A stretch of DNA of 49,533 nt, filler included, from Bipalium vagum (lineage: Eukaryota), in assembly GCA_037834085.1 (NCBI GenBank). It is 3 parts of 3 records of this genome, joined end to end, with 100 filler letters (N's around TTAATTAATTAA, not from the genome) between each part and the next. Parts side by side here need not be neighbours in the genome. Positions count along the whole stretch, not along the records: positions 1 to 16,630 come from JBBMKC010101764.1; positions 16,731 to 32,420 come from JBBMKC010151469.1; 1 more part is not named here. One strand, written 5' to 3'. Position 1 is the stretch's first letter. Each line of letters opens with the position of its first letter. Shown one piece after another: positions 12,701-24,439 of this stretch. The notes under the pieces were generated by a model. The model saw only the letters and a program-made list of their open reading frames with translations, searched no databases and had not been told where the DNA came from. The position numbers and the translations under genes are program-made.

Positions 12701-15700
12701 CATGTGGTGGATAATACCACTTTTTGTTTCAATATCTGCGTTTGGAGGAATGAATGGCAATATATTGTCTACATCGAGAATATTTTTGGTAGCTGCTCAA
12801 ATTGATCAAATGCCAAAATCTTTAGCTATGATAAACCACAAGCTTAACACACCAATTCCTTCCGTTATATTTGTCGTAAGTCAAGAAGAAAATAATTAAT
12901 TTTAACCGTTTGTGTAATAATATAGATCTATATAATGGTAATAATAATTTTAAAAATAATTTTAATAATAATAATAATAACAATAATAAGTTATTAATAT
13001 TATTATGTNNNNNNNNNNNNNNNNNNNNNNNNNNNNNNNNNNNNNNNNNNNNNNNNNNNNNNNNNNNNNNNNNNNNNNNNNNNNNNNNNNNNNNNNNNNN
13101 NNNNNNNNNNNNNNNNNNNNNNNNNNNNNNNNNNNNNNNNNNNNNNNNNNNNNNNNNNNNNNTTATATTATTTAAAGTAATTATTAATACAATTTAACAT
13201 ACACATTTATATAAACACTAAAAATCATAGTTAGTCGGAAAAAAGGCAAAATATTTCAGTAATTGAAATTTATAATAGCAAAGGTATCTTTATTTATAAT
13301 TAAAAATGATGTATATTTCATTTGTTTAAATTTAATTTAATTATATATGATTAAAATTAAATATTAATAACCAAAATAAATCAAAATATTTTTTGCTTTT
13401 TATTTTTTAGTTATTGTTTAAATAAAATTTGTGTTTCATTTATTCAAATAATTATTATTTAATTAAAGGAAAAATCATTAGAGTTTATATTCATATTTAT
13501 GTATATTTATTCATATATATGTATATGTATATATTAAAATGATAAAAAAGAAATAAGCGACCTTTACCTTTCTAGACATTGATATCTTTAGGCTATTTAT
13601 TTTTTCCAAATATATTTCAACTAATGAAATATGTTGGATTTGTAACTTGGCTCACTTATGGCCTTGCAGTACTCAGTCTAATTTACTTTCGATTCAAAAT
13701 GAAAAGTGCTCCAAGACCAATCAAGGTAAGAGCTCCTGATTTATTTGTGATCCTAATTTTATATCATTTTTTATGATAGGTCAGTCTTGTGTTTCCAATT
13801 ATTTATTTGATCATTACTGTTTTCTTGATCATTTTCGCTTTTGTCGGAGGACCATATGAATCGCGTAGGTTTTAGTTTTACCTTAAATAAAATAAGTGAA
13901 TTTAATTAAACTTAAATAATAATTAATTTTTTGAAAACATAATTAAATTCGAATAATTCGTCCTATACCGATAGTATCAAAATAGAGGTAATAAACTTGT
14001 CTGCCAATTTTTATGAAAATATATTTCATTTAAATGGATATATTTTTCGAAACTATTACATAAAAGTAATTTTTGTTTAAATAAATAACTAATGAAAAAA
14101 ATTTTAAATTTAGATTTGAATCTTTATTTGAAAATTGATTTAATGTTATGTTATTATGGTAATGGAAATTCCACTAAAGCTGCTTTTATCTAAACCAAAA
14201 GACAAAGAAATCTAATAAAGGAAATTTCTAACTTGTGGAAAAATTTTATGAAATTATAATTGTTGTCAATATACCCTATGGAGGACGTTCATTGGCGACT
14301 GAACGTAAAACTGCCATTAAATGTTCAATTGCTGATAAAGTTGGTAAGAAGGTTATTCTAAGATTTTCACGGAAATTAATATTCTACCTACATTTTGTCA
14401 ATGAATTTTAAAAGAAGAGAAGTTAAAACCTTTTAAAATGCAATTGTTTCATGAGCTGAAATTAGATGATTTATAATCAACCAGCTAAATTTTTTCTTTA
14501 ATTTTTGAAGCATCAAGATATCCTGCCTAGGATTTTTTAGAGTGATAATTGGTGGTTTTGGGGTACTCTTATAGCAAGCAATTTGTCATTAATAATATAA
14601 CTTTTTGTCCATTTTTTCTCATTTACTTTTTTCCTCGGTTTTGATACAACAGGTATATTAAAATGGTTTATGATTTCTCGAAAGTAATTTTGATTAGGAC
14701 AATAGTGTAAAATATCAAAATATTTAATTATAAAACTTAAGATTTAAATAATATATATATAAAATTTAGTAAAAATGTATAAACAATTGAATAAATAATA
14801 ATATATTTTTTGAATTAAAATTCTTTGTTTAAATTATATTATATTAAATATTTTTTTTTAAAATATTTTTTTTAATATAATTTTTATTAAATCTGAATTT
14901 ATATACATATGTATTTTTAAAGAACATAATAATTATTTGATAACTTTCCACTTCAGTTTTTCTAATTTTTTTATTCAGGGATAATTAAAATGTTATTTTT
15001 ATAAGAAAATACAGATATTTTATTTAAAATATTTTGTTTTAAAGTATTGTATAAGAACTATTATATTATTTTTTTAAAAAATATTATTAATTGTTGATTT
15101 TTAAGACTGCATTTTAATTATTAATTCTTATTTATTTTCTTGTTATTTATATATTTATAAAATTTTATAACAAACATAAAAAAGTTACGAAAAAAAATTT
15201 CCTGTTTTTCTACTACCAAATAAGAATATTTTTCGAAATAAATGCTTGTTTCAGGTTTTTCATTTTATTGAAACTTGTTTTTAACTATATAAAAATGCGC
15301 TAAATTTTGGATGGAAATAAATCATGAAAATTAATAAGTATTTTATCATTAAAATATTTTTTAGATCGAAGTTTTTTAATGAGATCATGCAATCAATTTT
15401 TATTTGTTTTTAAAAGATATTTGATACTCTACTTTTTCATCATCATAATAAAAAATTATTAAAAATGATGAATTTCCATAAAAATAATGTGAAAATTTAA
15501 TTACATGTTTCCAGAAATATTTATTTTTTAAAAAATATTTCAAAAAGTTGAAAATAGAGTTTTTTATTCGTTTCCGAGTTTAATGAATTGTATCGGGATC
15601 AGAATACACCGACTGATAGTAACACCCGATGTGAAAATATCATTTAATTCATTGTTCTCTTTACTAATATATATTCAGGTGTAAACTAAATATTAAATAA

Positions 15701-16102
15701 AAACTATTAAAATTAATAAAAGTCGAGAGAATTTTCTTTTGTTATATTCAGAGTTGAAGTTGTAGCTAAATAATCAATTAAAGATTTGTTTATCTCGATA
15801 CGGCATGTCAATAAAATCCGATAACTAATTATGAGTTTAATAAAACAAAAGCTATAAAAATATTGTTTGACCTTTTATTTTCTTCTAGTGATGGGGACAC
15901 TTATTATGCTTTCTGCAATTCCCGTTTATTGGGTATTTATATTATGGAAGGGTAAGCCGAAGTCAATCATAAGACTATTAGGTTAATTGTAGAATATATG
16001 AATTAATTTTACTTTTAATATCTTCATTTAGAAAAGGTAGATATTGTCATTCAGAAATTATTTTTCGTTGTCTTACCGAAAATTGAACATGATCTCTTGT
16101 AA
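9285..16102 (+). CDS. SLC7 heteromeric amino-acid transporter light chain (LAT/y+LAT/xCT group), isoform A, 494 aa
   Basis: Exons 9285-9774, 12188-12313, 12361-12629, 12675-12875, 13576-13725, 13780-13864, 15889-15981, 16032-16102. All introns are GT-AG and phase-compatible; 1485 nt ending in TAA. Motifs GSMIGSGIFISP, YAELG, SGDYAY, heavy-chain disulfide Cys (YPSCDEP), FAYTGW, EEMKNP, RPIKV, QKLF. Paralogue identity cannot be assigned by eye. Confidence 0.93.
10629..11058 (+). CDS. SLC7 alternative first coding exon 1b (isoform B, 474 aa with shared exons 2-8)
   Basis: ATG at 10629; 430 nt open; phase-1 donor GTAAGC at 11059 at the homologous codon. 88/136 aa identical to exon 1a with no gaps (manual count). 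Confidence 0.9.
11316..12096 (-). mobile_element. Internally deleted mariner element (781 bp) in the SLC7 intron before exon 2
   Basis: TA|TTAGGTTGTAACATGAAATATCCC ... GGGACATTTCATATGTTACAACCTAA|TA terminal inverted repeats. Minus strand reads HDNVRPHVSK...YETLPTPAFSPDLAPT. Confidence 0.9.
12188..12875 (+). CDS. SLC7 shared exons 2-4 (12188-12313, 12361-12629, 12675-12875)
   Basis: Introns of 47 and 45 nt. Peptides INCWSVKASTRVQ, GLFAYTGWTYLN...EEMKNP and SAFGGMNG...SR...TPIPS. Confidence 0.93.
13576..13864 (+). CDS. SLC7 shared exons 5-6 (13576-13725, 13780-13864)
   Basis: 54-nt intron; NIFQLMKYVGF...APRPIK|VSLVFPIIY. Confidence 0.92.
14140..14580 (+). mobile_element. Degenerate rosa/maT-like (Tc1/mariner superfamily) transposase fragment in SLC7 intron 6
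   Basis: Remnant peptides YYGNGNSTKAA, YGGRS and KLKPFKMQLFHELKLDD resemble the HPYKIQLVQEL region of DD41D/DD37D transposases. Confidence 0.5.
15889..16102 (+). CDS. SLC7 shared exons 7-8 (15889-15981, 16032-16102)
   Basis: 50-nt intron; IPVYWVFILWKGKPK...IQKLFFVV...HDLL*. Confidence 0.9.
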
Positions 16103-16183
16103 TTTCTTTTTGAGTTATTATATTAAATATTATTTATCTGTATAATAATATTTCGTTGTTATTATTTTTGATTTTTTTATTTT

Positions 16184-16189
16184 AATAAA
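16184..16189 (+). terminator. Candidate polyadenylation signal of the SLC7 gene
   Basis: AATAAA about 80 nt after the stop, followed by a GT-rich tract. Weak evidence in AT-rich DNA. Confidence 0.35.
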
Positions 16190-16630
16190 ATTGACTGTTT
16201 TGTGATAGCTACGAATTCTTTTTGTGGTCTTTAGTCAATCTTAATTATTTTTTTCTATAATAAAATAATAAAACATTTCACATTTATTCTTTGTAATTTA
16301 TTTTTCATGTTATTATTAACAATGATCTATTTTCAATTGCTTTCATAAACCCTGGTCCTTTTCTACGGTTTTAACCCTTATATGTTTCATTTTCCAATAC
16401 TTTTAAATACAATTCAGAAAATATCGTAAAAATATTACGACATTGGATGCCATTATAATTTTCAAAAATGCTTTGACTGATATATCTACTAGTTGTGTGT
16501 AAAACTCCTTCAAAATATATGGATTTCCAATAGATTGTGAATCAGTTAACGGGAAATACCAGGTTGAGTCAAAAGTTATTAGCGTTTTTTTAATAAATTG
16601 AAATTGTTTTACTGCTTCATTATTACTATA

Positions 16631-16730
16631 NNNNNNNNNNNNNNNNNNNNNNNNNNNNNNNNNNNNNNNNNNNNTTAATTAATTAANNNNNNNNNNNNNN
16701 NNNNNNNNNNNNNNNNNNNNNNNNNNNNNN
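16631..16730. other. Assembly gap spacer N44-TTAATTAATTAA-N44
   Basis: Exactly 100 nt containing an all-frame stop linker; an identical block is at 32421-32520. Confidence 0.95.
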
Positions 16731-16749
<19 letters not shown>

Positions 16750-16761
<12 letters not shown>

Positions 16762-17367
16762 GCAATTGCATTTTCAACAAATTGATATAAAAATCTTTCA
16801 TGCCTGTCACTGATTTGGTTCTTTGACACACTCCTCAGATCTGTACATGTCTTTACTCTGGTATTCATTTTGTCCATTTTGCATCTGTTTTTGTAGATAT
16901 CTCAACGTCTTTTCTATTCATTCATGACACAGTTGTTTATGTATCTCTTCGATCATTTCTTCACATCTATCCTTTGGTATCCATACTCTTCCGTTCTTAG
17001 TATGAACGACGTTGTTAATTATGATAAATTCTTCGTCTTGTCCTTTTGTAACACTTTCCTTTATTTGTCTAATTTCATTGCTGTCATGTTGCCATTTGTG
17101 AGCTTCCTTTGTTGTTATTGTCAGTACACCTGTTTTTATTTTTTCGGTCTTTGTTTCTTCGTGCATTATTTGACAATGCAAACACATTCCACATTTTAAC
17201 CTTGACATAGCGGCTGCATTCAGATGACTGGCTCCCTGTCAGTATTCTAGTTATATATAAGCCACTTAAATAATTTATCCAAGTTTGAAACTGCGGAATC
17301 AGCTTTTTGACGTGATCAGGAATGTAATGGCCTTGTGATCTCTCATTAATATGAATCTTTTACCATA
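16750..17367 (-). mobile_element. Ty3/gypsy pol relic: C-terminal RNase H and start of integrase zinc-binding region
   Basis: Minus strand YGKRFILMRDHKAI...QGASHLNAAAMSR...GRVWIPK...IEEIHKQLCH, with stops and frameshifts. Confidence 0.85.
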
Positions 17368-18926
17368 CAGTAAAGTCTCATGTAGGGGGCACTCTGGTCT
17401 TAGGGATATTCGATATAAGTGGCACATTCGGTGTAAGAAACACCTGGAAAAATCAAATAAAAAATACCCCCTTTTTTAATTTTAGATCATTTTATATTTC
17501 CGTTAATTAAAATTAACATATCTCTAATGTTACTAATAAGAAATATCTTTTGTTTGAATAATATAAAAGTCTAATCATCGAAAAATATAAAATTCATATT
17601 AAATATACCGGGTGCTCAAGTTAAAAGTTCATAAATAAAAGCGTAATATTTTTTATGCTGTAAATTTTTATTGAAAATAAATTTATTTGATCGAATAAAC
17701 TTTATTGCGGATTTAGTAAATCCTGTTTTATATATAAACTTATGTTGTTTAAATGCATAAATAATGACAATAAATAAATGTACTTGTTTAAAATTATATT
17801 TTATTTTTAGATATGCCTTACATATTATCAAAATCAGATAAAATTAGTCACTCATAGGCTGGAAGCATGCTTAGAAAATGAGGGTAGAAACTTCGAATAA
17901 AAATATGATTTATGTACATATCATATTTGTAACTATTTTGATTTAGATACAACATATCTTGTAATTCAACTTAGTTATAAAAATAAATCCGCATTTTTTA
18001 TCTTTATAAAAATTTAAAATTTTCATGAATTCATTACCTGTAGGAAGTTTGAACAGTCTTTTATTTATGAACTTTTAACTTGAACACCCGGTATATATCG
18101 TACAAGACATTAAATATTACAAATTATTACGTATCTGTTTAATGACATTTTTCTTTTAAGAGATGAGAAATCATTTGTCCTTAAAGCAGAAAATTCATAT
18201 TATTAATGATATTGAAATTCACTTAGTGAAAGACTTATATATACGAAATACAACACGAGTAAAGGTGTCGTAAATAGAATTTAAAAAAATAAAGAAGAGA
18301 TTCTAAGTTTACATGTGTGTTGCTTATTCAATGATTTCATGACGAAAGCAATACAAGTGGCAAATACCTCCAATAACGTAATAATGTAAGAGAAAATTAT
18401 AGAGAATATTTATGTGTTAGGAGAACATTGTATTCCTCTTAATGGTCCAAAAATTGCAAAACAGTAGAGAAATAATAAATTTAAAGCTTCAGAAGGATGG
18501 TTTTCAAATTTTAAAAGAAGACACGGACATGAACTAAAGAAAATTCACGGCGAAATGATAGATTCTGATCAAGATGCAGAGAGAAAATATGCTGAGGAAT
18601 TTAAAAGTGTTATTAGAGATTACGAATTAAGGAATATATTCAACGCAGATGAAACAGCTCTTTTTTATAAAGCCTTGCCAACTAAGAGCTATGTATTAAA
18701 ATGCGAAAAAATTCAAGGTAAAAAGAGAAACAAAGAACGATTGACAGTATTGTTTTGTTGTTCGAAACGGAGAGAAATTGCTACCTTTAGTGATCGGGAC
18801 AAGTAAATATCCACGAGCTCTTAAAAATATTGATTTGAAATCTTTAGGAGTCATATATGAGTCTACTAAAAAGGCTTGGATGATGAGTGATTTATTTTCT
18901 AGGTAGTTAGTCAAAGTCAACGAAAA
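17368..18926 (+). mobile_element. 3'-truncated pogo/Tigger element (CENP-B HTH + DDE_1 transposase relic at ~18180-18910)
   Basis: TA|CAGTA left end at 17368. Peptides FKASEGWFSNFKRRHG, IFNADETALFYKALP, KERLTVLFC, PLVIG and KKAWM. Confidence 0.85.
17608..18091 (+). mobile_element. 484-bp non-autonomous Tc1/mariner-superfamily (maT/rosa-like) element
   Basis: Near-perfect ~33-bp TIRs CCGGGTG(C/T)TCAAGTTAAAAGTTCATAAATAAAA flanked by TA on both sides. Internal remnant HRLEACLENEGRNFE* resembles a transposase C-terminus. Confidence 0.9.
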
Positions 18927-19525
18927 TAGATAGTGTATGAAATGATTGCAGAAATAGTAAATTGATAAGAGCTCCTTTAGGGTAATGCAGTATCTTCTTT
19001 CGTGAGTGAACATTGCATGTTTTTCTTGACCAGCACTGGTCCAATCGTATGAAAGCTGACGTTCATATCTAGAATAAATTCTCTTCGTACGTCTGGGTAG
19101 CTTAGCACCATTGAATTGGTAATGGCTGTTGTCATCTCGAAGAAGGCTGTGCTGCATGCTTCTGTTCAAATTAGTTTCTCTTTGTTCCGTTCAAAAGGTT
19201 TCTCTAATGCTCTAGCCTTGTTTGCATAACTCTTGGTGAAACGATGATAATAGTTGTAAAGGCCCAGAAAACATTGAAGAGTTTTCACACACTTTGGACG
19301 TTCAAATTTGTTTATAGCATCAATTTTGTAGGATCGGCTCTCACACCCTCATTATTGATAATATAGCCCTAAAAAATTTTTATTTTTTTCCTGTATAAAT
19401 GAGCATTTGTCTGGGCTTATTCGTAGTCCTGCTGATTCAATTCTCATTAGCACCTAATTTAAGCGTTCTTAGTGTTCTTCTAGGCCTTCAGAGTCTATTA
19501 GAATATCATTTAGATACACGAATTG
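18927..19525 (-). mobile_element. Ty3/gypsy pol relic: reverse transcriptase C-half and RNase H N-half
   Basis: Minus strand FVYLNDIL (decayed YLDD), FLGYII, LQCFLGLYNYYHRF and ERRYCITLKELLSIYYFCNHFIHYL. Confidence 0.88.
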
Positions 19526-19835
19526 GCCAAGCCTGGAGAACCGAGTACATCAAGGCCCAAATATAATATCTATGGGTATAAAGTGATGCTGTTTATCTGG
19601 TTGGATCAAAAAGGTGTGACTTATTATGAACTGATGAAACCATCAGAAACGATAACTGGTAAACGTTATCAATCCCAGTTAATTCGTTTGAAGTGAGCTC
19701 TGAAAGAGAGAAGGTCAGAACTGGCGGACAGACATGATCGGATAATTTTACTACACGATAACGCCAGACGATAAAACCAGGGGATAACGCCAGTTATCTC
19801 TATTGTAAATAATTACTTAGAACATGAAAATTGGC
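19524..19835 (+). mobile_element. Mariner (Mos1/mauritiana-like) transposase fragment
   Basis: KPGEPSTSRPKYNIYGYKVMLFIWLDQKGVTYYELMKPSETITGKRY...RHDRIILLHDNAR. Confidence 0.88.
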
Positions 19836-22800
19836 AAGCCAGTTGGATCAAATAAAATTGACTTTGGTTTAACATATATCAATAAATATTTAATTTTTCA
19901 ATTTTAGTTTATTTATTCGCGCATTTTATCCACTTGTCGAAGCAACCTTTACTGGTTTCAAAATCTGAGTCAGATTAAATCAAGTAAAAGACACTAAATA
20001 TTAACACTTAATGGAAATCAGAAGATATTTTGAAAATAAATTTGAAAAATAAAGTTGTATTTTATCATTATATTTACAATATATAAACTATGGATATGCA
20101 AAAAAAATTTTTTTAATTTGCTACGTCGTAAGAGATTGTTTATACTAATTTAATTTTTCACAGTATTATACCTTGAAATGTGTCAGACGAAAAGAGAATA
20201 AGATTATTATTAATTATATGACGATTGTTCCAGTAAATTAATCCAACTCATTTGTAAAATCATAACGTATTATGTTTACCTTAATATATCATACTTTTGA
20301 GAATTCCAGAATCTTAACAAAAGTGTAGTTAAAAAAATACTATTTTACCTAAGAAGGATTATGAAAAAAATAATAATTCAAACAAATTAAAATCTAAAAA
20401 TCAAATCAAAATAATTATATTTCTAAAAACTAGATTTTATTGAACCATGAAGAAGCCATGTTGATTAAACCCATAAAATGATATTTTTATATGAAAACTG
20501 CTTTGTATATTAATAAAATTGAGAAATATAATAAATATTAATTTTTAAAAATTTATTAAAAAATCAATATAATTTTTAAATTAAAATTTCATTTTCATTT
20601 AGTCGTTGCAAAATTAAAAATATTTTTAATTTATATATCATTAATAATAAATACCTAATTAAATTATCTTTCTATCTCATTTCCTCAATTAGCCAAATAT
20701 TTTAAATTAAAATTTTAATTATAGGTTAGATAATTTTTTCTTTTTAAAATTTTTAATTTCTAGTGGTTGATTTATTCACAAAATCTTATTGTCAAATCAA
20801 AATGTTATATTCTCCAAAGGGCCCTACGTGAAGAAGTATAAATTTATAAAGCCTTTAATTAAATTATTTATTTCCATTTTCTTTTATAGTAAGTATTTTT
20901 CATTTTATGTATATACATTTACTTTGGTCTTAAGATTTAACTATGATATACTTTTAATATACTTTCGATTAAATACCCAATCTATTTATCTATTTCTATT
21001 TTGTAAAACATGTTTCCCTTATTATTTTATTTATAATATACTGAGTTTGAGAAGTAATTGATCATATATATTATCTTATCCATATATGAATTACATCTAA
21101 GCACTTCTTAGATATCCTAAGGTCGAAATATATCCTATTTTCAAAGAATCACAAGAAAAACTTTTAGTAAAACTTTTCTGATATTATGATTGACCAAATC
21201 TTTGAGATTAAAAATATTATTACCAACTTATATATAAATTCCAAAATATTTCTTACTATAATAACTTTTTAATTTTTTAGAATCAATAAAATTAATATAT
21301 AATTATCTAAAATATTATTTAAACTATTAATAACGAAACGATCGTTTTTTGACATGAATTGAAATTAAATAGCTTTTGTCTAAAAAATTAATATCTTATT
21401 CATGAAATTCATGAAAGGAGTCAATTTATTTTAGAAGGATTTTGGTTTTCTAGAAATTTGGAAGATATTATTAAAAATAATAAACATTTTATGAAAATTT
21501 CCATAAAAGTGTATATAAAACATTTAATAAATACTTTTTAACATATTATTTAATTTTATTTATATAATTATTTATTTACATTGTTTATTTTACATTTACG
21601 AAGTTTATAAATTGAAGTGAGATACATATATAAATTAAATTCTATTTAATTATAATCATTATATGCAATATTATAAACTAACTTGAATTCTGTAAAGTTT
21701 TATTATAATTATGAGCCAGTAAAACAAGTAATAATGTTACTATTAGATGAGTACGAGACTGCAATTAAAGGAGATTAAATATCAATTAAAACAAAGCTTT
21801 CAGTTCAAAGTAAAATAATAATTTCAAAAAGCTTTTAGTTTTTTTATCACAGGTAACACTAATTAGTCGCATATAATTAAAAAGAATAAAATATTCATAA
21901 GATAATTTAATATGTGGAAAGTTAATCATTTCATTTAATTGAAGTATTTTTTTTAATATTTATCTATTTAGAATTTAAAATCAAGCCTATAAAAAATTTT
22001 AGTGTGATTTTCATTAGAGAAAATATATTTTTATAGATGTTTTACATTTTAATTTTCGTATTGTTTCATTTTATTGCTTTGTAACTTTATATATTACAAA
22101 TATTAATTTTGTATATATATTCACATTTTTCGAATTAAGTATAATAAAAAAAATGGAAATGTTTAAAAAGTTTAAATTTTGATTAATTAAAATGTACAAA
22201 ATCCATAACGATAAATCATTTACAATTCATGTGCCTTATTAAATATCATTTAATGACTTTCATTTTCATGATGAAATAAAATATTTTTTAAAGATATAAA
22301 CAAATAGTTTTTTTTAAAAAAAATTCTGATATTTTTCGCTTTGTTAAAATTTTATATTATTTTAGAGAATAATATTACAATGTATTTTAATTTATAATAT
22401 CATTAAAACAATTTATTTTTAACAAAGATCACATTATTTTTAAGAAAAATACTTCTAAGTTAATTAAACAAAAATAATCATTTATTATGATTTATTTATA
22501 TTTTTAGGACAATGAAGAGTTACTTTCAAATAAGCTTATTAATAATATTCTTAAATGTTATTTGGACCAAATCTCTATCTGAAGAATATTTTGAAAAAAG
22601 GTCTAAAATGAATAGGGTAATTGATATTTTTTATTCATTTGTTCAATATTTTGAGAACTTTTGAAATAAATTTATAGTAATAATAATATTATTATTTATA
22701 AAAGGGTTTCAAAAATTGGTCAATCTCACATGATTGTTATTACTAAATTTTCTTTTTTTTAAATATTAAAATATCAATATTCATTTCTGAAATTATCATA

Positions 22801-22942
22801 TGAAACATTTTTATGAATAAAAACCTTATTTTTATTTTATAACTGAAGAAAGTATTAGAATAAAAAAGAATTGTCGTTATATGGATTCTATTAAGCTGTT
22901 CTTTGCAAAGAAATCTTAAGCAATAGTTTTGGAATATATATA

Positions 22943-22945
22943 TAT

Positions 22946-22988
<43 letters not shown>

Positions 22989-22991
22989 TTA
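22943..22991. repeat. (TTTA)n microsatellite
   Basis: Directly visible. Confidence 0.9.
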
Positions 22992-24439
22992 AACTATTAC
23001 GATATTATTAAAAATTATTAATATTTATTTTTTAATCAATTATAGTCTTTGAAAAGTAAATCAAATATCTAAGAACTTTTCTTCTTTTTAAAGTCTTTTA
23101 AAACAAAAATATCCATTAATTAATTAATTAATAATAAAATAATTGATTTAATGTTATTTTCTTAATGAATTTTCAAAATAATATTCACTCTTCGAAATCA
23201 AATTTTCAATTTTAAGAAACTCTTAAAAATTAAAACAGTTAAGTTAGGGATTCATTGAGAACATGAAAATAATGATTTTGATAAATCTTTTTAAAGATAT
23301 TACCGGCATTTTTTTGAAATCTGTCGAATTTTCATGATAAAGAAAAAGAATTTTATTTAAGGTAAATTTAAGATGATGAGATTAATGAAAACTATTTTAT
23401 ATATGAATAGAAGAGTTGATTCAAGCAATTGGATCAAATATTTAAAAATGTTATAAACATTTATATTATTATTTCAATATTCTTAGCACATTAATCATAA
23501 TTAAAAATTTTAACAAATGTATTAATGATAAAAATACCTTTTGTAAACTGCTTTTGTCAGGTAAATGTCCAATTTATCTTAATTAAATTAATCTTAATTT
23601 TTAAACTTAAATAATTTTCTATAATTTTGTATTATTTAATTTTAATTAAAAGGTCTTTTTATGTGCATTTATTTTTGCATAATTTTGCAAAAAAATTTAT
23701 TATTACTTAATATGAAGTTAAAATATTAAAATAATTAAAATGAAGTTATTATTAATGATATTATTAATCAGTTTTAGTAACACTAACAACTCAGGTTAAT
23801 CAATTCAATTTATAAATAAATAATATATTCAATCTCATTCTATTTTAAATATTCAAAATCATATCACTAAATCTTATTGTTCCTTCAGGAAATTTCAAAC
23901 TAGAATATATTATGGCTTCTATATCCGGTTTATTTTGATCTATTGTTAATAAAATTAAATTAAAATATTGTTGGTAATTCTTTATCCTTTTTGTCCTAAT
24001 ACTTGTATTTATTTAATGCAAAATTACTTTTATCTAAGATCTTTTTATTATAAATTTCATGAACAAATAATGTCTAATGGAAATATTTTTATTAAATTGA
24101 TTTAACAATTTTATGAGTTAATAAAATGTATTAATTATTAGATCACCAATGAGGTTAGTGTCGTTTTTGTATATCCAAATTATTAATATTGAATAAATGA
24201 TCTTTTCGAAAATTTTAAATGATAGTAAAATTATATTGAATATCTTATTTTGTTTTTCAAAAATTAGTTTAAATCTATCATATGTGATCAAATATAGCGC
24301 TGTTTTCCCATTTAAATTATTTATTGATTTAAACGTAATTAGGACATGCTTATAATATAAATCTAAGCCTAAATCTAAGGTGTTACAGACATTTCATAGG
24401 AAATTACCATGTTTTTGAGATGTTGTATTAGAAGAAAGT

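Noticed and set aside
9285-16102. Stop-codon reassignment (TAA=Gln, TGA=Trp) suggested by stop-interrupted exon-like frames elsewhere
   Set aside because: The intact SLC7 gene and the last WDR59 exon use CAA/CAG and TGG, have no internal stops, and end in TAA at the expected C-termini.
16675-16686. Palindromic TTAATTAATTAA (also 32465-32476)
   Set aside because: Flanked by exactly 44 N on each side; an artificial scaffolding spacer.
18555-18806. Host TIGD/CENP-B gene
   Set aside because: Stops, frameshifts and truncation; sits inside a gypsy element.
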